Below are positions 18,599 to 27,907 of a stretch of DNA of 64,000 nucleotides, piece after piece (within the stretch, counting starts at the first letter, position 1; the number at the start of each line of letters is the position of its first letter). Position numbers and translations under genes: made by a program. Location of the stretch: the NCBI GenBank assembly GCA_963736005.1, contig CAVTNB010000002.1, positions 32,001 to 96,000 of the forward strand. Direction: 5' to 3'. The notes beneath the pieces were generated by a model. It was not told the origin of the DNA, did no database searches, and saw only the letters and a list, made by a program, of their open reading frames with translations. This DNA comes from an uncultured Pseudomonadota bacterium. Its GTDB lineage: Bacteria; Vulcanimicrobiota; Vulcanimicrobiia; Eremiobacterales; Eremiobacteraceae.

Positions 18599-21100
18599 AC
18601 GACGATATTGAGCAGCTTGTCTTTGACAAAGACGAGCTTGCGTACCGCTTTCCCGTTGAGTTGCGCAGCGACGGTGTCGACGTTTTTTGCCAGCTCGAAT
18701 GCGCGCGTCTTGATCGATGCCTGGCGGAGCCAAGAATAAACCGCGCCGCCTGCCATTGACTTGCACGACAATGGCAATCAAATTACGCTTGAGAGCGTCT
18801 TCATCGTATTGCGGCCACGCCTGCTCGTGAATGCTGCCCTTGCCACCCGTTCGCTCGTAAAGCTCTTCTGTTATGTGCGGCGCAAACGGAGCGAGCAACA
18901 GAACGAGCACTCGCAGCGCCTCGCCGAAGACAGGCGATCGATCCGCATCGGGATGTTTCGCAGCAAAATCCTCGATATCATTGAGCAGCGTCATGATTGC
19001 CGCCACGCAGGTATTAAGATGCATGCGATCTGAAAGCTCTTCACCGATTTGTTTAATCTTTGAGTGAACGCTCAGACGCAGCGCAATTTCGTGCTCGTTG
19101 AATGCCGCGCCATCGGCTGGGGCGATTTTCCAATCGCTCGCCACGTTGAAAGCGTTAGCATGTTTGAGGACAAGCCGCCAAATGCGCTGTAAGGTGCGCG
19201 TCGCACCGGCGATGCCGGTCGTCGACCACGGAAAATCCGATTCCGGCGGGCCGGCGAACATCTCAAAGATGCGCAATGCATCGGCGCCGTATGTCGCGAC
19301 CGCCTCATCAATCCCGATCGTGTTGCCGCGCGACTTGCTCATCTTCTCGTGGTTCTCGCCGAGGACCATGCCTTGGTTGAAGAGACGGGTGAACGGCTCG
19401 TCGCCCGGAACGAGACCCTCTTCAGCGAGCACCTTATAAAAGAAGCGCGAATACATGAGGTGCAGCACCGCGTGCTCGATACCGCCGATGTAGTGATCGA
19501 CCGGCGCCCAATACTTGGCGATGGGAACCTCCCACGCGGCTTTGTCATTGTGGGGATCGAGATAGCGCAAATAGTACCACGACGAGCACATGAACGTGTC
19601 CATCGTTTCAGGCTCGCGAGTCGCCGGGCCGCCGCACTTCGGACACGTCGTGTTCATGAACTCTGGGACGTGCTCGAGGGGACTGCCTTGCGTTCCCGTG
19701 ATGGGTGCATTGTCCGGCAAGCGCACTGGGAGCTGCTCATCGGGCACCGCAACGTAGCCCTCTTGCGCGCACAACACCATCGGAATGGGCGCACCCCAAT
19801 AGCGCTCGCGCGAAATGAGCCAATCGCGCAATTTGTAGTTGACGCTGGCGGTGCCCGAGCCTGCCTTGACCAGCTTTGCTGTCATTGCTTTCCGAGCTTC
19901 GGCGCTCGACATTTCCGTAAACTCACCGCTGTGCACGAGGGTGCCGTCATCGACGAATGCCGCGGGCAGTCTGCTCGCGCTTCGCGCACCGGCAGCATCC
20001 GTTGGTTTGACGACGGTCCGAATTTTCAAGTCATGCGCTCGCGCGAACTCAAAATCGCGTTGATCGTGGGCGGGAACACCCATCACCGCGCCCGTGCCGT
20101 ACTCAGCCAGCACGTAGTTGGTCACCCAAATCGGGATGCGCTCGCGGCTCAAGGGATTACGCGCGAACGCGCCGGTAAAAACCCCTTGCTTTTCTGTTAA
20201 TTGCGTGCGGTCCAACTTGTCCGTCACGGTTGCGGCGAATTCAGCAACCGCGGCGGCTTCCGATTTGCCCTTGACGATGAGCGGCAAGAGCGGATGCTCG
20301 GGAGCGATGGCAAGATAGGTCGCCCCGAAAATCGTGTCGATTCGGGTCGTGAACACCTCGATCGTTCCGATGTTGTCCTCAACCGCAAATGCAACCGTCA
20401 CGCCCTCACTGCGTCCAATCCAATTGCGCTGCATCGTCTTGACGCGCTCGGGCCAACCTTCAAGCCGCTCCAACCCCTCAAGCAGTTTGTCGGCATACTT
20501 TGTGATGCGGAAAAACCACTGGCTGAGCTTGCGGCGTTCCACCTTTGAACCGCACCGCCAACACACGCCGCCTTCGGCTTGCTCGTTCGCCAGGACCGTT
20601 TGATCTTGTGGGCACCAGTTCAGCGTTGCCTCAGCTTTGTAAGCGAGCCCCTTGCGATACATCAACAAAAAGAGCCACTGCGTCCAGCGGTAATACTCGG
20701 GCGACGAGGAATCGATTTCGCGGGTCCAGTCGTACGACGTGCCAAGCTTCTTCAACTGCGAGCGCATGTTGGCGATGTTGGCATTCGTCCACTCGCGCGG
20801 ATGCATGCCGCGAGCAATGGCTGCCTGCTCCGCAGGCAAACCGAATGCATCCCAGCCCATCGGGTGTAAGACGTTGAACCCACGCATGCGCCGATAGCGC
20901 GCGACGACGTCGCCCAACGTGTAGTTGCGGGCGTGGCCGACATGCAGATCGCCGCTCGGGTATGGCAGCATTTCCAGCAAATAGAATTTTTGCTTATCCG
21001 CACGCTTGCTGGTCACGTATTGAGCGCGGTCAAGCCAAATTTTCTGCCACTTCGGCTCTATCGTCTGTGGAGCGTAGACCGGAATTTCTTTGGATGCCAT
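18595..21100 (-). CDS. leuS: Leucine--tRNA ligase (frameshift near 18705; true C-terminus KLLNIVV)
   Basis: MLPYPSGDLHVGH, YGTGAVMGVPAHDQRD and KMSKS motifs. Confidence 0.97.
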
Positions 21101-21113
21101 CGGTTGTATTGTA

Positions 21114-22358
21114 CTAAATGCCTAGCGGATACGCCTCCTCGCCGTGGAGCTCCATGTCCAAACCGCGCTCCTCCGCCTGGGGATCGACCTTGGTTTGCGT
21201 GATGCGACTGATTAGCCACAACATGCCGTACGTGAAAACAAATGCCCAGAGGCTGCACACCGAAACCGCAACAACCTGCTTCCAAAAAAATGCCGTGCCG
21301 CCGAAGAACAGTCCATTCGATCCGTTCGGATTCCACGCCGCCGAACCAAGCGTCCCAAGGGAAACGATACCGAGGAAGCCGCCCACGCCATGCACGCCCC
21401 ACACGTCCAGCGCATCGTCCCAGCCCTGCTGATTCTTCACGGCCACCGCGAAGTAGCAGATCACACCGGCAAGAATTCCGATGAGGACTGCGGTGGTGGG
21501 TGAAACGTAACCAGCCGCGGGAGTAATCGTCGCAAGCCCTGCGACTGCGCCGGTGAGCAAGCCGACGAATTTTGGTTGTCTCCCGCGCGCCCATTCCACG
21601 AGGAACCAGGTCACCGCGGCGAAGGAAGCGGCGAGGTCGGTATTGAGGAATGCGGCGGCGGTCACGGGGTCTACACGTAACTCGGACCCAGCGTTGAAAC
21701 CATACCAGCCAAACCACAGAAGACCCGTGCCGAGGGCGATGAGCGGCACGTTATGCGGTTTGTTTTCCACGACCGCACGCCGCCCGATGTAGAGCACTGA
21801 CGCCAGCGCGGCGAATCCGGCCGACGCGTGGACCACGATGCCACCCGCAAAATCCTCTGCACCCCACTTTGCAAACAGACCATTGGGACTCCACAGCATG
21901 TGCACGAACGGGAAATAGACGAAGATGAGCCATCCGGTCAGGAAGAGGAAGTACGCCTTGAAGGTGACGCGGTTCGCAAACGCGCCGGTGATCAACGCCG
22001 GCGTGATGATCGCAAACATCATCTGATACGCGACGTGAACCACCAAAGGAATGCCCGCATCATTGCCGGTGAACATCGTGTGCAGCGTTATGCCCCGGAG
22101 AAAAGCCCAGTGGGTGGGATCGCCGATGATGCCGTGCCAATCCGGCCCGAAGCACTCCGAGTAACCGAACGCGAACCAAATAACCGTCGTCCAGCCGAGC
22201 GACATGAAACTTTGAATCATGATGGTCAGGACATTTTTGCGGGCGACCAACCCACCGTAAAAGAAGGCAAGACCCGGGGTCATGAGCATGACGAGGCTTG
22301 CGCAGATAAGCATGAACGCTGTGTTGCCGATGTTGAACGGTATGGCTGGAGTGCCCAC
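21114..22358 (-). CDS. amtB: Ammonium transporter
   Basis: MTPGLAFFYGG, DFAGGIVVH, WFGWYGFNAGS and DDALDVWGVHG motifs; GGAGG RBS before GTG at 22358. Confidence 0.95.
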   Translation of the reverse strand: MGTPAIPFNIGNTAFMLICASLVMLMTPGLAFFYGGLVARKNVLTIMIQSFMSLGWTTVIWFAFGYSECFGPDWHGIIGDPTHWAFLRGITLHTMFTGNDAGIPLVVHVAYQMMFAIITPALITGAFANRVTFKAYFLFLTGWLIFVYFPFVHMLWSPNGLFAKWGAEDFAGGIVVHASAGFAALASVLYIGRRAVVENKPHNVPLIALGTGLLWFGWYGFNAGSELRVDPVTAAAFLNTDLAASFAAVTWFLVEWARGRQPKFVGLLTGAVAGLATITPAAGYVSPTTAVLIGILAGVICYFAVAVKNQQGWDDALDVWGVHGVGGFLGIVSLGTLGSAAWNPNGSNGLFFGGTAFFWKQVVAVSVCSLWAFVFTYGMLWLISRITQTKVDPQAEERGLDMELHGEEAYPLGI

Positions 22359-22381
22359 GAGACTTCCTCCGGTGCGGAAGC

Positions 22382-22413
22382 AAAAAAGGCCCAGCGTTTC
22401 AAAACGCAAGCCT
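22382..22413 (-). terminator. Intrinsic terminator-like hairpin in the amtB leader
   Basis: AGGCTTGCGTT-TTGA-AACGCTGGGCCT followed by a T run, 24 nt before the start codon. Confidence 0.6.
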
Positions 22414-22543
22414 GACAGGCGCGAATCCTTAGCCGTTGACGTGAGGTTTCCCGCCACAATTCGCTTGCGGCGGCCGCTTGGCGGCGCGCGCCCGACGGAG
22501 CGATCCTCTTGACTCTTCGCGTCTCTCGCGTGAAAGACGCGCC

Positions 22544-23227
22544 GTGGAAAAAAACAAGCACCTTGGGTTTTTGATTGCGGCGATCGCTGCAGCGCTGCTG
22601 CTGGTTGGGTACTGGTTACCGCGGCATCCCGATTCCAATTCTGGCGCCACCACCGCAAGCGCTGAGGCGACGGTGCCGCCGGTACTCGTCACGGCGGATG
22701 CGCAGCCTTCGTCCGAATCGTCAGCGCCTGGCGGTCGGCCAACTCGCGTCGTTGTCTATCTCTGCGGGGATGTGCGTCGTCCGGGTGTCTACGACATGGC
22801 AACGGGCAATCGCGTGGCAGACGGCATTGCGCGCGCGGGTGGAGCTTTGGGCGACGCCGATTTGGAGCAACTCAATCTCGCCGAACCACTGATCGACGCA
22901 ATGAAAATTTGCGTACCGCACAAGGGCGAACATCTGGCGCTTTCAAGCGTTGCCGACGGAACGGCCAGCGGCGACCCACCCCGCCCTTCCCGTCGGCATC
23001 ACGGTGGCAGATCGAGTCACAAGTTGCAGCTGGGGCAAACGCTCAACGTGAACGCAGCGAGCGAGTCTGAGTTAACCCAGCTGCCTGGCGTTGGGCCGAG
23101 CTTGGCGGCTCGCATCGTTGAATACCGCACGGAAAACGGTCCATTCCAAAGCGTCGACGACCTGCAGAACGTCTCAGGGATTGGGCCTTCGAAGTTCGAA
23201 AAAATGGCTCCGTTCATCCGGCTGTAA
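22544..23227 (+). CDS. comEA: Competence protein ComEA (SLBB + HhH)
   Basis: N-terminal TM; VYLCGDVRRPGVY; LNVNAASESELTQLPGVGPSLAARIVEYR. Confidence 0.92.
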   Translation: MEKNKHLGFLIAAIAAALLLVGYWLPRHPDSNSGATTASAEATVPPVLVTADAQPSSESSAPGGRPTRVVVYLCGDVRRPGVYDMATGNRVADGIARAGGALGDADLEQLNLAEPLIDAMKICVPHKGEHLALSSVADGTASGDPPRPSRRHHGGRSSHKLQLGQTLNVNAASESELTQLPGVGPSLAARIVEYRTENGPFQSVDDLQNVSGIGPSKFEKMAPFIRL

Positions 23228-23253
23228 TCCGAGCCACGCGTTAGGCTGTCAGC

Positions 23254-23298
23254 AGGGAATACTTTGCCACGCAAAGTATTCCCTTTGCCATGCAAAGT
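23254..23298. promoter_or_regulatory. Tandem palindromic operator (CTTTGC-N3-GCAAAG twice)
   Basis: AGGGAATACTTTGC-CAC-GCAAAGTATTCCCT perfect 14-bp inverted repeat; second copy CTTTGCCATGCAAAGT 21 bp later contains the ATG. Confidence 0.7.
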
Positions 23299-24210
23299 AA
23301 GACGTGGGTGATACCTCTCGTTGTCGCGCTGTGCGTTTCCCTCACGTGCGCCGCCCTTGCGATCTGGTTTCGCGGCGAAGACGGGGCGCTGTTGCTCACC
23401 GTGCTCGCGGGGTTCGTGCTGGGATTTGTTTTCCCGAGAGGCGCCTGGCGCTGGGCTGTCATTTTGGCGTTATGGATGCCAGTTGCGGTTGCCGTGAAGG
23501 CACCTCTTCACGCAGGGCCATCGTGGTGTCCGGCACTTACCTTCCCTCCTCGAAATGTGCTCTGGGGCTTGCCGATCGTCCCCGTGGTTGCGGTTTTCTT
23601 GGGTGTGATTGCCGACTGGTTTGTGTCCGAGGCCCTACGCTGGCTCGGATTTCTCGGTTGGCGCTGGCTTGCAAATATGAAGCTGATTCTGCGCGCGGCC
23701 GTCGTCGCACTGGCAGCATTCTTTGTCCTTAGCTGCGCACTCATGCTTGCTCAACCGTTGCAGCCCTATGCCATCGGGCAGCGCTACTGCTGGGATGAAT
23801 CTTGCTTCTCGGTCACTTCGGTCAAGCGCACAAAAAGCATCGGTTCAGACGTGCATCGCGCCGTTGCACGCGGCACCTTTTACGTTGTCACGGCCAACAT
23901 GGAGACGCCATGGTGGGGCCGTTTCTACTGGAGCAATGACGCAGTCTATGCGACTGATTACTCGGGAACGGACTATCGGAATTCTTCTGCCGGTCAGCTC
24001 GCAAGCGATGCTCTCTTGCGCTCGAACCGTTCGCAATGCCATTTGATCCGAGGTGCGGGCGAAGCTGAAACGATCGTCTTCGACCTGCCGGACGACGCCA
24101 TACAGCCTCGTTTGCTTGTTCGCGATACGCTTGGCTTCGAGGGCCTGCTCGGAGGGTTGCGATCCAGTCTGTTCTACGTCAAGCCTGCATTCAATCTGCG
24201 TTACGATTAG
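23290..24210 (+). CDS. Membrane protein with C-terminal beta-rich extracytoplasmic domain, unknown function
   Basis: Five to six TM segments, then a soluble domain with a Cys pair (YCWDESC) and ETIVFDLP. Confidence 0.7.
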   Translation: MQSKTWVIPLVVALCVSLTCAALAIWFRGEDGALLLTVLAGFVLGFVFPRGAWRWAVILALWMPVAVAVKAPLHAGPSWCPALTFPPRNVLWGLPIVPVVAVFLGVIADWFVSEALRWLGFLGWRWLANMKLILRAAVVALAAFFVLSCALMLAQPLQPYAIGQRYCWDESCFSVTSVKRTKSIGSDVHRAVARGTFYVVTANMETPWWGRFYWSNDAVYATDYSGTDYRNSSAGQLASDALLRSNRSQCHLIRGAGEAETIVFDLPDDAIQPRLLVRDTLGFEGLLGGLRSSLFYVKPAFNLRYD

Positions 24211-24235
24211 CAGTGGCCACAAGGATTCCGGCCTA

Positions 24236-24254
24236 ATTGTCGACAATCGACAAT
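24236..24254. promoter_or_regulatory. Putative GntR/FadR operator
   Basis: Perfect palindrome ATTGTCGACAAT plus a direct CGACAAT repeat immediately before the gntR ATG. Confidence 0.65.
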
Positions 24255-24255
24255 C

Positions 24256-24921
24256 ATGGCTGGCTTGGCGAAAACCCTCCCCCTCGAACGCTCTTCAACC
24301 GCGGCAAAAGTTGCCGCCCTCCTGCGCCGGCGGATTACTGACGGTAAGATGAAGCCAGGGCAACGGCTCAACGAGCTCGCCTTGGCGGCCGAGCTCGGCG
24401 TGAGTCGCAGCCCAATCCGCGAGGCGCTCGCGCAACTCGCCGGCGAGGGACTCGTTCGCGTCTCACCGTACCGGGGCACGTTCGTCACCGAGTTGAGTCG
24501 CGAGCGTTTGCAGGACCTGTTGGAATTTCGCATTGCGCTCGAGCAGTTTGCCGTGCGCCGCGTCATCGAGCGCGCAACGCCTTCGCATTTTGCGCAGCTC
24601 GACACGCTGGTCGACCAGCTGCGCAAGCGTGCACGCGCTAATGATTTTAGCGGCGCAGTCGACACCGATTTGCGCCTGCACGAACTGCTCATCGAACTCG
24701 CCGGCAGCGCGCTCCTGGAGCAAACATTCAAGGAGTTGCTCGGGGAGTTTCGGCTGTACATCGCGGCAACCAGCCGGCACTACAAAGGCATCAATGAGCT
24801 GGCAAGCGAGCACGACGCGCTGCTGAAGGCGCTTCGCGCCGGTCGCGTCGAGTCCGCACTTTCCCTTATTGCCGATCATATACGGCATGGCTTTGCTCCC
24901 GCTTTAAAGGAAATTCAATAA
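24256..24921 (+). CDS. GntR family transcriptional regulator (FCD domain)
   Basis: PGQRLNELALAAELGVSRSPIREAL HTH; EH...HI in the FCD domain. Confidence 0.93.
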   Translation: MAGLAKTLPLERSSTAAKVAALLRRRITDGKMKPGQRLNELALAAELGVSRSPIREALAQLAGEGLVRVSPYRGTFVTELSRERLQDLLEFRIALEQFAVRRVIERATPSHFAQLDTLVDQLRKRARANDFSGAVDTDLRLHELLIELAGSALLEQTFKELLGEFRLYIAATSRHYKGINELASEHDALLKALRAGRVESALSLIADHIRHGFAPALKEIQ

Positions 24922-26249
24922 TGGTTACGACGCAACCGAAACCGCGCTCTGCGCACACCCGCTACGTCCTCACGCCTTGGTCTGCACAAGCAGCCCTGGA
25001 TATGCCGACGATCGATCACGCGCAAGGCTGCTACCTCTATGACACAGACGGCAAGCCCTATCTCGATCTTTCGGCCGGTCTTGTCGCGGTCAACTTGGGG
25101 CACAATCATCCAACGGTTGTGCGCTCGATTGCCGAGCAGGCGGCAAAGCTGTGCTATGCTGCGCCTTCCTTCTTTAATGACACGCGGACGCATGTTGCCG
25201 AAGAACTATCGCGACTTGCCCCATGGAGCGAAGGCGCTCGCACCTTCTTCACGACCGGCGGCGGCGAGGCAAATGAGGACGCGGTCAAAATGTCCAGGAT
25301 GGTGAGCGGACGCCACAAAATCTTGGCGACCTACCGATCCTTTCACGGTTCTGCGCCTGGAGCTGGAACGCTCAGTGGAGAGAACCGGCGCTGGCCAAAC
25401 GAACCAGGGATCCCAGGCGTCGTCCACTTTTTCGCACCCTTCCCCTATCGAAGCCCCTTTAACACAACCGACCCCGCGCAAGAAACACGCCGCGCGCTCG
25501 ATCACCTCGAACTTGTGCTCACCTATGAAGACGCGTCGAAAGTTGCCGCGCTCATCATCGAGCCGGTGGTGGGATCAAACGGCGTCATCGTTTACCCGCC
25601 GGGCTATCTTGAAGGCGTACGCGAGCTTTGCACGCGACACAACATTTTGCTCATCTTCGACGAGGTCATGACCGGGTTCGGTCGCACAGGGGCACCCTTC
25701 GCCGCGCAACGCTTCGGCGTGACGCCGGACTTGATCACGATTGCCAAAGGCTGCACGTCCGCATACGTGCCCTTAGGGGGCGTCATGGTGCGCGAGCGCG
25801 TGGCTGCTTATTTTGACGACCACGTTCTGAGCTGCGGGCATACCTATAGTGGACACCCCCTAGCAATGGGAGCGGCGCGCGGCGCCCTTCAAGCATATCG
25901 CGAAGGTGGATTGTTCGAACGAGGGCGCGAGATCGAGCGCTGGATGAACGAGCTCTTGGGCTCCTTGCGCGATCAGGTGCCCCTTGTCGGTGACGTGCGC
26001 GGTCTGGGCGCGTTCTTTGCGATTGAACTTGTCAAGGATCGCTCCACTCGCGAACCGTTGATCGCGTGGCAGGGCCAAAGTCAGGGCATCATGCCCACGT
26101 TGCTCAAGTCGCTGCGCGACCGAGGCGTGTATGTGTTCGGCCGCTACAATGTCATGCTGATCACGCCACCGCTGACGATCTCCCGCGACGAGCTCGCCAC
26201 CGGCGTTGGAGAAATAGCCAACGTTCTTCGTGAGGTGGCAAAGCCATGA
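24921..26249 (+). CDS. Class III aminotransferase (omega-amino acid/beta-alanine/taurine type)
   Basis: [15 protein letters not shown] (PLP lysine), GHTYSGHP and DVRGLG motifs. Confidence 0.9.
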   Translation: MVTTQPKPRSAHTRYVLTPWSAQAALDMPTIDHAQGCYLYDTDGKPYLDLSAGLVAVNLGHNHPTVVRSIAEQAAKLCYAAPSFFNDTRTHVAEELSRLAPWSEGARTFFTTGGGEANEDAVKMSRMVSGRHKILATYRSFHGSAPGAGTLSGENRRWPNEPGIPGVVHFFAPFPYRSPFNTTDPAQETRRALDHLELVLTYEDASKVAALIIEPVVGSNGVIVYPPGYLEGVRELCTRHNILLIFDEVMTGFGRTGAPFAAQRFGVTPDLITIAKGCTSAYVPLGGVMVRERVAAYFDDHVLSCGHTYSGHPLAMGAARGALQAYREGGLFERGREIERWMNELLGSLRDQVPLVGDVRGLGAFFAIELVKDRSTREPLIAWQGQSQGIMPTLLKSLRDRGVYVFGRYNVMLITPPLTISRDELATGVGEIANVLREVAKP

Positions 26250-27808
26250 ATCCGCGAACAGATGCAAGCGCGCTCACCCATGCGCACGAAGGGCGACTTG
26301 ACAGTCGCCCGCTACAGGAAGTTGGACACTACATCGGCGGACGACAAGTCAAGGGTGCCTCTGGCAACTTCGGCGACGTGTGGAATCCTGCATCCGGACA
26401 GCGCACTGCCCGCGTCGCCTTTGCATCGAGTGAGGAAGTTGCTGCAGCGGTTGCGTCCGCCAAGGCTGCTTTCCCATCGTGGGCCGAAACACCGCCACTG
26501 CGCAGAGCGGCTCTCTTGTTCAAGTTTCGCGATGCCCTGCTCGCCGATCGGGATCGCCTTGCCTCCATCATTACGGCCGAACACGGCAAGACGCTGGATG
26601 ACGCCAAAGGCGAGCTCACGAGGGGAATCGAGGTTGTTGAATTCGCTTGCGGCATCCCGCAGCTGCTCAAGGGTGAGTTCACAGAGAATGTTGGTCGCAA
26701 CATCGACGGCTTCACCGTGCGCCACCCGCTCGGTGTCTGCGCCGGCATCACACCGTTTAATTTCCCCGCGATGGTGCCCATGTGGATGTTCCCAATGGCC
26801 ATCGCGTGCGGAAACACTTTTGTCCTCAAACCCAGCGAAAAGGATCCGTCGCTCGCACTCGAGCTCGCGCGCATGTTGAACGAATGCGGCGCGCCTGATG
26901 GCATTCTCAACGTCGTCAATGGCTCGAAGGACGCGGTCACTGCCTTGCTCGATCACCCCGACGTCAAAGCGATAAGCTTCGTCGGCTCGACCCCCATTGC
27001 GCAGTACGTCTACACGCGCGGAACCGCCAGCGGCAAACGCGTGCAAGCGCTAGGCGGCGCAAAAAATCATCTGATCGTCATGCCGGATGCAGATCTCGAG
27101 CAAACTGCGGATGCAATCGTGGGCGCTGCGTATGGTTCCGCTGGCGAGCGCTGCATGGCGATCTCGGTCGTCGTTGCAGTCGGTGATGAGGTTGCGGACA
27201 GTATCGTCTCCCGCGTTCGAGAAAGACTTACGACATTGAACGTTGGCGATGGCACGCAATCGGGTGTCGACATGGGACCGCTGGTCACCCCGGAGCACCT
27301 GGATCGCGTGCGATCGTACATTGAGATTGGCGAGCAACGAAGGCGCTACAGTGGTGGTCGACGGCAGGCAGCATGCGTGCGCTCAGGGTCGCGAAGGATT
27401 TTTCTTAGGTCCAACGCTGCTCGATCGCGTCAGCCCAAGTATGCGGGTGTATCGCGAAGAGATCTTTGGCCCTGTCCTGTCGATCGTGCGAGCGAAGACT
27501 CCGCAGGAGGCACTTGACCTCGTCAACGCTCACGAGCTTGGTAATGGCGTTGCGATTTTTACTCGCGATGGCGACACGGCCCGCTGGTTCAATCACACGT
27601 GCAAGCAGGCATGGTTGGCATCAACGTACCCATTCCGGTTCCCATGGCGTTCCACAGCTTCGGCGGCTGGAAACGATCGCTCTTTGGGGATCATCACATC
27701 CATGGACCCGAGGGCGTCCGTTTCTACACGCGCTTGAAGTCGACGACCGTAACGTGGCCTTCGTCCATCCGCGGCGGCTCCGACTTCGTCATGCCCACAA
27801 TGAAATAG
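26246..27808 (+). CDS. mmsA: CoA-acylating (methyl)malonate-semialdehyde dehydrogenase, frameshifts near 27335 and 27600
   Basis: [43 protein letters not shown] and GINVPIPVP motifs. Confidence 0.92.
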
Positions 27809-27809
27809 T

Positions 27810-27895
27810 GTAGGGGGCGATTGGCAAATCGCCCCATGCCCATGTAGGGGGCGACTGTCAAGTCGCCCATGTAGCGGCGGACCTTTAGGTCCGCC
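27810..27895 (+). repeat. Cluster of three GTAG-headed REP palindromes
   Basis: GTAG-GGGGCGATT..AATCGCCCC; GTAG-GGGGCGACT..AGTCGCCC; GTAG-CGGCGGACCT..AGGTCCGCC. Confidence 0.9.
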
Positions 27896-27907
27896 TTACG
27901 GAGTCCG

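Noticed and set aside
27810..27895. Regularly spaced palindromes as a CRISPR array or tRNA
   Set aside because: The units differ from each other, have no unique spacers or cloverleaf, and match dispersed REPs.
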